From Raillietiella orientalis (lineage: Eukaryota), in contig JAYWIR010000017.1 of NCBI GenBank assembly GCA_036172245.1, positions 3,162,001 to 3,226,000 of the forward strand: a stretch of 64,000 nucleotides of DNA, written 5' to 3'. Under the pieces are notes generated by a model, which saw only the letters and a program-made list of their open reading frames with translations, was not told the DNA's origin and did not search any database. The translations under genes were made by a program, and so were the position numbers. Of the stretch, positions 37,708-49,419 are shown one piece after another. Every line of letters starts with the position of its first letter. Position 1 is the first letter of the stretch.

Positions 37708-40700
37708 TATACAAACAAACTGCAGACGGCAGTAAATTGTGGGCAAGTTGTGTGATATACAGAAGTCCCGTAAATCTTACACAAAAACAAAGCAAACACT
37801 CATTCATATTGTAAAAATAAACTGAAACGACAAGACTCGATTAAAAAACTGAAAGAATATGCACAGTGGCTGATTACTGAAATTCGGAAAAGGTAACGGG
37901 GATTATCACAATTTTCGGTGGATTGCATAAATTACGAATCTCTTTAGGAATCCATCACACTAGGCTGCTATGAACACGAAAAGTCCCCAGCCCATTCACA
38001 ACCGTAGGAATTGGGTCGAAGAATCCAGTACCCTATCTGGCTTGTAGACACGTGCTTCCTGTTGGGAAACGCACCATCGCAAGTTCGACAGGTTTCGCAC
38101 ATGTTGCTGTTCACAAGCTATCATTCTTTATGTTGTCTTCATTCAGATTTATGTTTGAAACGAGAATTTCTGTAGAAAGAATCTATGCTAAGCTTTGTTT
38201 TTTGTTTTGTTTTTTTCCTGTAGATCATCGAGTTTTCAGGTAGGTCTTCGATGATCACAATTAAAGTTCACATTGCTTCAAACAATAACGGAGCATAAGA
38301 TTTTAGGAATCCAATGCACAGTTCAAGAAGCTAGCAAATGTTTTCTTAAAATCGAAATAAAAGATAGCATGTGATATTTTTTAAAACAACTTTAGTGGTC
38401 ACCATATTTCTATCTAAATGTCCCTTATTGTATTTTATTAACACAAACATATTTGGAAGCAATGCCTTGTATATAGTTGTAGAATTTTCATTGCTGCTAG
38501 CATAGACACGAAAAACTCCTCCTTTTCCATTAGGTAAATTCTTATTTATTTTACAGAGTATTCGAAACAGTATCTGAACATTTGAGCTCTCCATCATTCC
38601 ATAAAGAAACACATTCTTTAAACTTTGCAGTTAACTCGAAATCCAAATATACGTATACGTTACGTTTCGTATGTAAGCTTCTTTCCTGATGAGCAGATTT
38701 CTCTTCCAAGGAAGATGACTACTTCCATAAATTGAGCTCATTACTATTTCAGCTGATTTCCAAGTTAGCAAATGCATAAATACTATACATGCTTTTGGAA
38801 TGTATTAGCAAGAGCCAAACGAATGCATTTTCTACCCGAACTATGATATTCCAACACTAGATCTTCAAATCTAGATCTTCAAATTTTGATTCATACGTAA
38901 CTCCCTCGTTAAGCATACTCCTGAATAACAACAAATTCTTCATCTCATCAATGTTTCACAAAATTACTCCGAGTTGCTTTCGTTCCTGGAAAAACAAAAA
39001 ACAACCTTCGCTTTATCCTTTTCCGTTTGAGAATTTCAACATATAAACAATTATCCCAAATTTCGGAAATAGTTTTGAGAATGTTCGATACTTTGGAGTG
39101 ATTAAGATAAGAACTGCGTTGCTGGATTTGGGGAATCGAACATACACGCGAATGGAAAACCATTTCATGCCCGAAAGGCTATCCGGATCCACCAAGTTTC
39201 CAGACTGCTTTCCCAGGTAAGCAGTGGAAGAATTCGAAACCATTTATTTGAGGAAACAGCCGTGGTTGAGATCAAGATTCCTTGATGGCCTCGATTTCCT
39301 GGTACAATTAGCAAATAGTGGTCGATATCTTCCCCCCCTCCCCGTTTCCATATTAATTATTCTCTTGTGGATTATGGAAGCCCTTCGCGGCTTGAACGGA
39401 TAAATGAATAAATTTTTCTAATAAGTGGATTGGGAAAATGTTCGATCCCTTTTAAAGTCAGTTCTTTCACAGGATTTTTAGGAGCTTATCCGAAATTTTC
39501 GTTTCCTTCGAGCATTCCGGAATTCAGAATCAAATTGTATTTCTTCACGGCAGTTGTGTTATTCTTCTTGATTAAATACTGGCTGACACAAATGGCTCTG
39601 GAGTTTGTGAAAACTGGTACACAGGTCTGTTGAAGTGATTCGATTCCGACACAACATAATTACGAAGACCATTTTACCGGAAATACCACGGTTCTAAAAA
39701 TGGATCCTCGTGAAGTCTGTTACAAAATACATATCATCAGGATGGAATATTTTATTAAAAAAAAGGAAAAAAAGAATAGCGCTAAAATCTCTCTTTACGT
39801 TCTTATGATGGGAAGAATGAATTGAGAGAAAAAAAAAAAAAAACTGGTTGCGAATTTACAGAATTATTTTTTTTAATTTAATTACTGAGGTTAATCTTTC
39901 GGTCTTAACTGCTAAAGGAACAGGTAAATGCAAACGGAAGATTGTTCTGAATACTGGGGAATGTTCCTAATTTCAAGCAGCTTTGCTTTCCTAATAGCAT
40001 AGTTTTCCATTAAAATCACACTTGATAAGATAACTGATTACTCGCGAGTTTAAGTCAAACAGCAGTTTTTCGTGTCCATTCCAATGGCGATTCGTTTACA
40101 TTTGTTCCACGATGGCTACCTTCTGCAGCTTACTGTTTGATGGTTTATTTCTTTCAAGATGACTCAAAAACGTGTGATTTATCGATTATCATTCCATTGC
40201 GCCATCTTATGAACTTCTAAGACAGCGTCTTGTTTTCGGTAGCATCGTTAAGGATGTCTCCTGGGTTGCGATGCTAGCAGCTTTTCTGGAAGCCTGGTTG
40301 AATACCGGGAGGGAACTGATAAATGCATGATTTCACAGTGGTTTTTCATTTGGTGCGTTCGCTTCCACCAGGAGCAGATTTGATCCAGACACTACTCCCG
40401 CAAGCGACCACTGGGCGGCAACGCGCCCCGAGCTCCCTACTTTTGCACTCTGTGCGCGTGTCCAAAGACCGACGAACAGAAAGGCACGTGGCGAGGAGTA
40501 AAAAGACCGCCGACAGGAAGGCAGTTCGGGAGCTCCCAAGAGTCGAAACGACTGCGGCGCCTTCGCGTTTCGGCTAGTTGCGTGATTACCGCTGCGGGAG
40601 ACTTCCGACTGAGAAGCTTAGCGTGAGACGAACAGCTCCAAGAAGGCTCAAGCAGCCGGATCCGGCTGAAGAGGGGAGCACCAGAGTCGGACCAGCACTT

Positions 40701-41379
40701 GACCGAAAGTCTCGGAAGAAAGATGGCCGCGCGCCTCGAGGAAAACGCCGTAATGGCCCTCAGCACACATGGAACGGGAAAAGAGAACGACCAAGGCCCA
40801 CTTAAACGGCTGCCAAAAGGCGCTTGAAGGAGAGCCGCTCGCGAAGCTCTCCTTCTCTACTGCTCGTGGATGCTGTAGCGGCCGGGAAGGAGAGACGCCT
40901 TCTCCGGGGTGACAAGCGAGCTGCGAAAACAAGAATTCGGCTGCCGGCAGCGGCGGTCACTCGGTCACCGTCGGGACGAGCGGCCTCGGACGGAAGACCG
41001 TCACCTGGGCACGCGAGATGCAACGGCGCGTTGGCGAGTGACAGCGTCGAGCAACAGGCGGGGCGCCCGTCCGGGCGTCCGGTGGTTAGAGAGTGCTGAA
41101 GCGGTGCAGCGGGGATCTCAGAAGACGCGGGCGAGGCCGCGAGCTGACCACCTTCTGGTCTCGCGCGACCAAGCGCTCCACGCAGCTTCCTCACCGCTGC
41201 GAGCAAAGGACACGCTCTGGAAAGAAAAAAAAAAATACTCGCGTCGATTAAAGTTGCGATAAGGGTGAAGAGGGTGAATGATTTGATTGTAGGTGTGCGA
41301 TGGGGAGTTGGTATTATGGTATTGATAAAGTGGTCCGATTATGGGAGATTCTGTTCGGTTGCTGGGATGACGAGCAAGT

Positions 41380-41790
41380 TAGGAGAATAAACATGGGTTG
41401 GTGAAAGTTGGTTAATGGCTAATTTGGATGTTGAGGAACACGGGTCGAAATGAATGCCCCTTTAGCTGATTTTTGATTTAAAAAATCGATGTTTTTAATA
41501 AACCAGTAAGGCCAGGATGAAATTAAAAAGGGAACACGATGAAAACTCAGGGACGAGATCTGTCTGGGGATGTAAGAGGGATGAGGCGATGGTTTGGCTC
41601 CTAGTAGTGCAACGATCGAAAATGATGTGATTAATGTCGAGAGAAGGATTTTTTTTCTTGTGGGATAGTGGCGGGAGGATGGGAGAGGGAGTGATTTGCG
41701 AAGTGGTGAAATGGCTAAATTCGTGAGAAGTTCAGTTTTGTAGCCGGTTTTAGATCGAAAACGTGGGTGCCGCAGAAAGTCATGCAAGTG
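41380..41790 (-). mobile_element. Jockey/I-like LINE 3' coding remnant
   Basis: 'KKILLSTLI...ISSWPYWFIKNIDF...QHPNLAINQL' resembles the Jockey-group K.LLY..LI...APWY.RN...HPN C-terminus. Confidence 0.55.
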
Positions 41791-42549
41791 GGCATGTGCA
41801 CTTCTTCATTCCGATGAACTGCTCCACAGTTGCCCCAAGTCCCCTTTTAAGCAAGCCTCTCGAGCGGAACGCGTCGCGTGCAGCGGGAGCAAGGGAATTC
41901 AGGCGTAGTGGCTGCTCACAGGATAGACATCGTGCAAAAGGATAAGCGTTATTGACGTGCCATCAACAAAAACGGAAAAGACGAAGAAATGACGAAGATG
42001 AAATGCGAATACTGTCTTTGTGTACAATAATTTTTGGGGCATGGAGATCGACAAGGTTCTTCTCATGACCTCTTGTGCCCCATGGCGAATGATACAAGGC
42101 GGGAAGGGAGAGCGTGCCAAAAAAAAATGACGCATCAAAACTGGACACTGTTTGGAAATGAGATTTAAAATTTAGAAGTACCTCAGGAGAGCTCATTTTG
42201 CAGCCATCACAAGTTTCTCGTGAAGTCTCTGCATTATGGCTCCATTCGCAAAGCGATTTTCTCATGGAGCTGAGATTAGGAAAGAAAAAAAAAAAGTTGC
42301 AAATCCCTTTCCCTGTATTCCACAAGGCTCCAAATACCCCCAAATGCTGAAATTTTGAATGTCTGTTAATTTATTCTGCTGTAATGGAAACACCAATCGA
42401 CTGATTTTGTCGAGATGAAAGCAACTAGCATCGAAGGCATCCAAGGATGACAACGTACTTGGCATCGAATCTTGTCGATGTTTCTTCGTCTTCAGGGCCA
42501 TTTTTTCCCTTCCCAATCATTGCAGGTACCCTAACTGCACATCACTATT

Positions 42550-43027
42550 CGGAACACAGCAAGTCCCTCTATAGCGCGGTAGATATGTTTCGCCGTATAG
42601 GAATTCGCATCATACGAGCCCTGTGGGTTGCAAGTGGATGATGTAGTGGTGCTGATAAAAGACCTAAAATGTATCTTGGAACGGTACTTCAACGGTAGAA
42701 TTTCCATTACTTCACTGCAAAGCAAGAAGACAAATCCCAAGTGCTTACTTATTTTTTAGCTTGAAGTAAAAGTTAAGTGTTTGCACTGAATCCATGGAAA
42801 CAAGTGTATGCTTTGCCCTCTATCGCTCTCATCGCTGAAAAATGTATCTTTCTATCCACAGGATGGGGAATGAAATGGAACTCAAGATACTTGAATCACA
42901 TGTTCAGTTGAGCTGATACCGTACCATAGTGTGTTCTTCGGGGCTGATTTACCGCTCTCTACGAATAAGTCGTGACCACTTCGTCGCGCAATACGAATCC
43001 GCGTTGTACGGGGGTCTTCTGTACAGT
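42550..43027 (+). repeat. Segment duplicated in inverted orientation at 51938-52425
   Basis: Long shared runs, e.g. cactgaatccatggaaacaagtgta and gaatgaaatggaactcaagatacttgaatca; this copy has a ~21-nt deletion. Confidence 0.9.
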
Positions 43028-46000
43028 GAAATCCAAGTGAATGGAGAAGCGTTTTCCTCGCTTTGTTGCTTCGAGATCAGGAAGCAGAGACGAGAGGAGT
43101 GGGGGTCATGCAAGCAGCACAGATAATTTCTTGAAGCATCCATTATCAACAAGGAGCTGATTTTATCACGGAGCAATCCCATATATCTGGTTTTTAAAAT
43201 CCTGGTTTTTCCTAAAGCGAAACTGCAAAATTTCAGAAGTCTAATCTTCCGCTATCTGAAATCCACACTGTTTTCACCGTAAAGCCACATCGTCTTTTTT
43301 CCAAAAGCTTCCGTATCTAGGGATGGAGATGCTTTATATTCCTCTCAGTTGCGTTCTCTTCTTTCTCAAGAGCTATTTGAATTCCCGTCATTAATGGAGA
43401 GAAAATTCAAAGATTGGAGAGACAATCTTCGGGAGTTGATAGAACGCAATAAGTGTCTGGTTCCTCGTGGCATTTGCAGTCACCTCTGTAGGAGGCTTCC
43501 ATTCATTCATTGGTGCGTTTTCTCTTGACCCTTCCCTTTCCTCCATGAGCCCTTTTTCTACAAATCTCAATGGCCTCATATCAAACCTGTCCCCACAGCC
43601 TCCGAAAGTTCATCCTCAGCTTGCTCTTGACCACACCACTGCAATCTTCCAGACTCACGTGGGCGAGACCTCTAGCCACGTGTGCGGTCCTGTACCAACC
43701 AAAATGAAATCTTGAGCGAAATATCTGTACAGAAGAGAATAGTTCAAAATGTCCAAAGCTAGGGAATTCTCTAGCTTTCGGCATTTTGAACAGGGCTCCA
43801 AGTACCTGAGGCTTCACTTGAAAACTCGTTGGCAGCGTCGTGCCTGACTGCGTATCTGCAACGCAGTCCTTGTCGTCAGGCAAAAGCCGCAATTCTATTT
43901 AGCTGTTGCCATCTTCGTTGCACAGTTCTCTTCTCCAGCGCTTCTGCATCCGTTGGCTCCCGCCGTCTGGTGTTTTCACCACGAGAAAGGCAAGGCTTGC
44001 AACGTCTGGGTGGTGGCCTCATCGAGCTCAGCGAGAGCGTTGGGGGAAGCTGGAGCGCCACCGCCTTCTTCCCAGACAGCCACCTGGGACACAACCTCAA
44101 AGTCCTATCCAAGAAGAAGCGGCACTGGGACGACTCAGAGACGGCAAGTGAACGTCCCAAAGGATCACTCCACTGCGTGTATATCTCCTTGGAATCTTAC
44201 CAGAAGATCTGGAGGTTTCTTCCCGAATAATTCCACGCTTCACACGGGGTGGCAGCCCTGAGAGGAATGATGCCATTGAGCCGGGGTTCCGTTGCAATGT
44301 TCGCCTGCACGGGAAACAGCGTGGCCTTCACGTGCTCTTGGGTTGTGCTGCCCTCTGAACGCATGTGAGGAGTGTTCCCGTCCTGCTGCTGCTGCCGGTG
44401 CCCGATTCCAGAGACGTGTTGAGGCTCCCCTGCGTGAGATTCGCAACGCCTCCTGCCCCGCGGCGATCGTAACCATCCGCTGCCTTAGCGGTGGAGTCCC
44501 AGAGCTGAGCGCGCAGCCGGAAGGATGCGACACCATGGGAACGCCATCGCCGCGAAATCTCTTTCCCGAGGTGGACAAGGAGGCAGACCTGCCTAGAGGA
44601 TTTGTGCGCGGAAGCTGTCAGTGCACGATGTGGAGGATCCCAGGGGATTGCTGTTGATGTCTCTCCCTTCCGCGCCCCCTTCCTCACACAGGAAGTTGCG
44701 AATTTTCAATTTCTTGATCTGATACCTCTTTCTCCTCTCATTGGTCAGCTGGCTTCTCTCCAGCGCATCTGGAATTCTCTTGCCTTCGGAAGGACCCGGT
44801 AGCATCCGACCCTGCGCTCTTTTGCCTCTTCGTATGCCTATTGTTTTCAGGTGCCATAGACATCCCAGCATGACCTTTTCTTCCCAGACAACCACTTGAA
44901 ATCAATCAATCCATCAAAATAATTGTAGTTCATGTACCGACGTACGTCGGCCCATACCAATGAGGACTACGCTCGCTGAGGATAGAACTAGGGAAAAGTG
45001 AAGGAAGTGGAGCGAGGGAAGACAAAAAAATAAATAGGAAATGGGATGGACTGATCCTTCGGTACTCGGCATGATGACCCTCAGGAGCCTGTGTCGGTTC
45101 AGGGAAGAAATAGTAAGGGGAAAGACGGGTGAGTGCTCGTCCGGAATGGTATCGAGTGGGTCCGCCCACAATCTCTCGGGGGCTACCTTGAACCTCAGTT
45201 CCCGGATCGGATCATTTTATCCTCCTTCTCATAGGCTGCCGGGATCGCAAACGGCTCTCCAGAACCAAGACCACATCCTCTAATTTTGCGGTCACTGTTG
45301 CTCGCATGTGGCAGAAAATGACCGGCAAGGATGCAGATGATGGTCCTGGAGAAACGGCCAGGTCCCAAGGGACAACGTCGAGGGAGCAGCTGAGGCGGTT
45401 CGGCGATGCGCCTCCATCCCCGAACGCGGCCTCCTGCGTTCCAACAGCGCGCGCGCCCGCTGCTGCACCTCAGTGGGCTCACCCTCTTGGCACTCCCTTT
45501 TCTGTGGCGTGGCGACGTTCCTCATGATGGAGGCAGAGCCCAACGAACCAACAAGATAACAGTCCGCCGGCAACAGAGGGGGAGGGAAGGAAACGCCCGC
45601 CAGGAAACCCGAGATCGGGAATTTTCGCGGGAAGCGCCGAGAAACCCCATCCATCTTCGTGGCCTTTGGCCAGATCCTTTCGCGAGGCTTCTCTCGCCCA
45701 GTCGAGGGCAAGGACAGCCCTGAAAGATAGATGACTCCGGAGATGCAGTCGCCTTCCGAGCTTCAGGAGCATCCTCCTTTTTCTCATTTCATCCAGTGAT
45801 GGAGCGTAATGGAGGCACGACGTCCTCAGTGGTCACACGATGAGATCTAGGGAGTAAGTTAAAAAGCAGTCCAGTATCCCTCCAAGGGGGAGGCTCCCCA
45901 GACGATTGATGGCATTGCTGTTCGGGAGGGTTGGGATTTCCACACGCATCCACGTTTTCCAGTGACTCCTCCTGCCTGTGAGGCGGGCTGTTCGCTCGCG

Positions 46001-46379
46001 TTCCTCCGGAAGCAACGCAATCGAGCGCAGCGGGTAGCGCAGTCCTCGGACGCGCCTGCCGTCGCGTGAGGGAACGGACGCGAATCCTTCGCGTGTTAAT
46101 GCATCCCCCATGAGAACGCGCAGAGAGGGAAGGAAGCACGTTGCCGTCCACCGCCATACTTCTTTTTCGGCGTGGCCGGGCGTCGCAAAAAAAAAGAACG
46201 TCACTTCAACGGCAAGCAGTGGTGAATTCATTATGGCTGGCCTTCCCGATCCTGCGATGGTTGTGCCCCGTATGGCGTTGTTCGCGGCGTCAGAATCGCT
46301 CGCAACTCTCCACTGACGTTTGCCAGTCGAGAGTTGCGATGTCGGCCAGTCCCTACTTCTGGCGAAGCCTTGCTCCAGG

Positions 46380-46575
46380 TTGGTTCGACTTGAAATACAC
46401 CTGACGATTCGGCTCGATGCCTTGGGATAAGTGGCTCAGGTGGCCGTGTATGCGAGACATCTGTCCTAGGGAGTTCTCCCCATTATGAAATGTCCTGGTA
46501 TGATGGGGAGGAGTTGATGGTTTCGTATTGAACACTGAATCATCTGGAGAGGATGAAGTTTTCCTCTCGGTCGCT
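46380..46575 (-). mobile_element. BEL/Pao LTR-retrotransposon integrase C-terminal remnant
   Basis: 'LHPL...LLPIIPGHFIMGRTP' resembles the BEL/Pao RPL...LTPGHFLIGRP motif. Confidence 0.4.
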
Positions 46576-47249
46576 CCGGAGATTTTATCCTATAAAAACA
46601 AATCAGTCTGGAACATGCAGCTCCCAACCTAAGGCAAAAGAAGTTCAGGGTAGAGGGTCCACCGACACACAGGTCGGGATATCCGAAAGTCAAGAACGAA
46701 AGAAAGGGGACAGCAGAAAATAATAAAAGAACGGGAGGGGTGGGGTAAGAGTCTTTGGTATCGCTCCATCTACAACGGGATGAATGTATAAAATGACCGG
46801 AAAAAGAACGAAAGCGAGTGGTAAATAAATAAAAAAAACGAAATGAATAAAGGGATTGTGTGGACAAGGGTCACCGGCTTTCACCGTTCTTTCATTTCAA
46901 AACCGGCGCTGGATGCCGCCGAACTCCTCCTTCACTCTTTCATCCAGGTGAGACCACCTTGCTGCCACCCTCATGTAGGCGACTGCCGTCTTGGCGACTC
47001 CCTTCGCTGCGTGATGGTCGTCTACAGCACGTGGCAGGCCGTAGCGATGGAGCGGGCGCAACCCATGGTTACGATCAGTGCCCGTCGAAGGTCTTCCCGG
47101 CGCGAAGAACCTCCACAGCAGCCGCTGTCGGAGTCCTCCTAGTGCAGGAGTGCTGATGTCAGCTTCCGCCCCTCAGTTCTTGGAGGACGCCTCACCCGAA
47201 AAGTAGATGCGGGGTCGATTCCACCGACCTGCACCTGGAGCAACAGTGC

Positions 47250-48650
47250 AGGGATGCAACCCATGAAGAACAAGGCGCATGCGTCCGTTGCACTGGCATC
47301 CCCAGTGCAGAACGAGAAGCGCAGCCTGTTTCCAGGGGAGCGGGAATGCGGAAGCGCCCACATATTGGGCAGGGGTTGCAAGTTCCTCGGGGGCAACGCT
47401 CGGAATTCGGCTCCACTGAAGGAGTCCCGTCTCCAAAGCACGCGGAGTGGCCGCAACCGCCAACCCTCATGTCTTCCAGTCGTCCAGGAGTTTCGTCCTT
47501 CCAGCGATGGTGCAGGAAAATAGAACTCGGGAAAAGTACCACCTCGCCGGCTTGGCAGCTGGCTTCGCTTGCCCTCAGGGCAGACGGCGTTGCGGTAAAG
47601 GGTGTGGCGGTCAGGGTCGAGAGGATGAAGTCGGACGCAGGTGTGTGGACATCTCCCTTTAGCGAACCGAACCCAACACTCGGGTTGGTGTTCGACCCAT
47701 TCGACCACCGGGCGTCTCTGAGTCAGCCAGTTGTCGCTCCTTATTGGATGGGACATCGGGGTTGTTATTTCCCGGGTGGCTGCTCGGGAAGAAGGCGTCG
47801 GTGCTCTAGCTTCGTCCCATATCAGCCGTGCTGTTTTAGAGAGCCTGTTTTACAGGGTAAGACATGGGTTGCCAAAGGTGAGCTTTTTCTTCGGCACTAT
47901 GTTTGTAAAATAGAAGAATATTCAAGGGGGAACTACATCTTGAGTAAGACAGTCGGCTGAGATGGAGAGGAGGCAACAACCGGTGATTTGGATTCGGTGC
48001 CGGTTGATGCGGTAACCAGGAACGAAGGCCAAAAATCCGTAAAAAGTGAAGAGAATGTCCAACGAGAATGTCCCCCCTCCAACGGATGTCGCTTCATTCT
48101 CGGTCACTTGCCCAAGTGATGGGAGACGGAGAAGAGCATCTGTTAAGGAGACAAACATGATGTATTTTGAGAAGCATTTTTATCACGAATACAAATTTCA
48201 AACATCCCATGAGGAAGAACGGTGGCAGTGTCAGGGCTGCAAAGACCTATGTGTGGTCACTTTACATTTGAGAGAACAGAAGCAATGCTAGAAGAAAGGA
48301 GGACAAAAAGTTGTGCCGTTTCCAAAATGAAACATAAAGAGCCTGCAAATGGAAATACACAAACCCTGCAAACCGACGGCTAGAGGAAATCCTGGTCCAG
48401 GTGTAATGGGAATCTGTCAAGCCTGCAGCGGCTGAATTGCCATGTTTGCTCTCCGAAGAAGAGATTCCATCTCCGAATTTGGGATTCTTGCAAGCTGGTT
48501 AAGGACACTCACCAGACTGCTTACTTTGACACCCTCTGGCGAACCCTCAATCACCCAACTGTGAGAGGGCACGTCAACATGGCTAGTAGCTAGAGCTCCC
48601 TGATCATCAAACGAGGCACTGCTTTCAATTTCCGATGAGCTGAAATCCAT
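47250..48650 (-). pseudogene. Decayed intronless ORF: possibly nucleoprotein-like N-terminal part followed by tandem CCCH zinc fingers
   Basis: ATG at 48650 (MDFSSSEIESS...); clear finger CWVRFAKGRCPHTCVRLHP, then 'LYRNAVCPEG..' and frameshifted finger-like units (ICGRFR..GC../LH; ACALFFMG). Confidence 0.45.
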
Positions 48651-49419
48651 CGAAAGTGCCCTTCATATAGAAGACAGTCGTCAGGTTTCTCTGCCATGCT
48701 ATCAGAGAAACCGCTATGAAACTCAAATTGCTTACGGAGTAGCCGTTGACCATCCATGCTGGCTTTTGGTACGTTCTCTTTTAGGAGAGAGAGGGGGGTG
48801 GGATGAGAGACTTCGAAAATGAAGTTGAATCTTTCTGTGCACCAAGATGAATCCCTTGATGAATTCCTGGCTCGTAGGAGCCGCTAAAGCTCATAAGGAA
48901 AATCCATTTACAAAAGTTGATACCTAACTGTTAAGCAATCTTGAGGATAATCTCATTTCATCACCATCTAAATGATTGAACAGTGTGGGGCTACGACTTT
49001 TTATTTTTGCCATGCACTTTGGGCATTGCATCAACGGTTGATTTCTCAGGTTTTCTCAGGATTCTCATGCTTAATCTTAAGGGTTCAGATCTCAATCTCA
49101 TCAGAATCCCTGATCTGTTTGCCTATTTTAAGTGATAGATGGTTTCACGTTCCTTGCGCAATAAAAACGGAACTTGCAGACACGCAATAACTATAGGGAC
49201 CTTTGCTGAGATGTCGTCGCAATCATTTGAAATTTCATCTTCGTTTCACAAAGGACAGCTTATCCGTTACTTTTCTTCCTGGTTGAGAGTGAGTGAGAGA
49301 GAAACAAAAAATGCGGCAGCTCGTGGAGTTTGTTTTCTTTTGTTTGTCAGTGGACAGCGTCACGACGCAGTGTGGACGCAAAAAAAAAATCAATGAGTCC
49401 AACCGATCCACACCAGACG

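Noticed and set aside
39118..39195. tRNA-like sequence on the minus strand (GTTCGATTCCC)
   Set aside because: No convincing cloverleaf or 7-nt anticodon loop.
38100..39720. Possible gene upstream of USP45
   Set aside because: Exon-like pieces could not be joined without stops on either strand.
43990..44135. 'CRFFL..LCPRWLSG' as a third CCCH array
   Set aside because: Too few correctly spaced Cys/His residues.
44593..44895. Gypsy integrase-like tail
   Set aside because: Only a vague resemblance; no catalytic motif visible.
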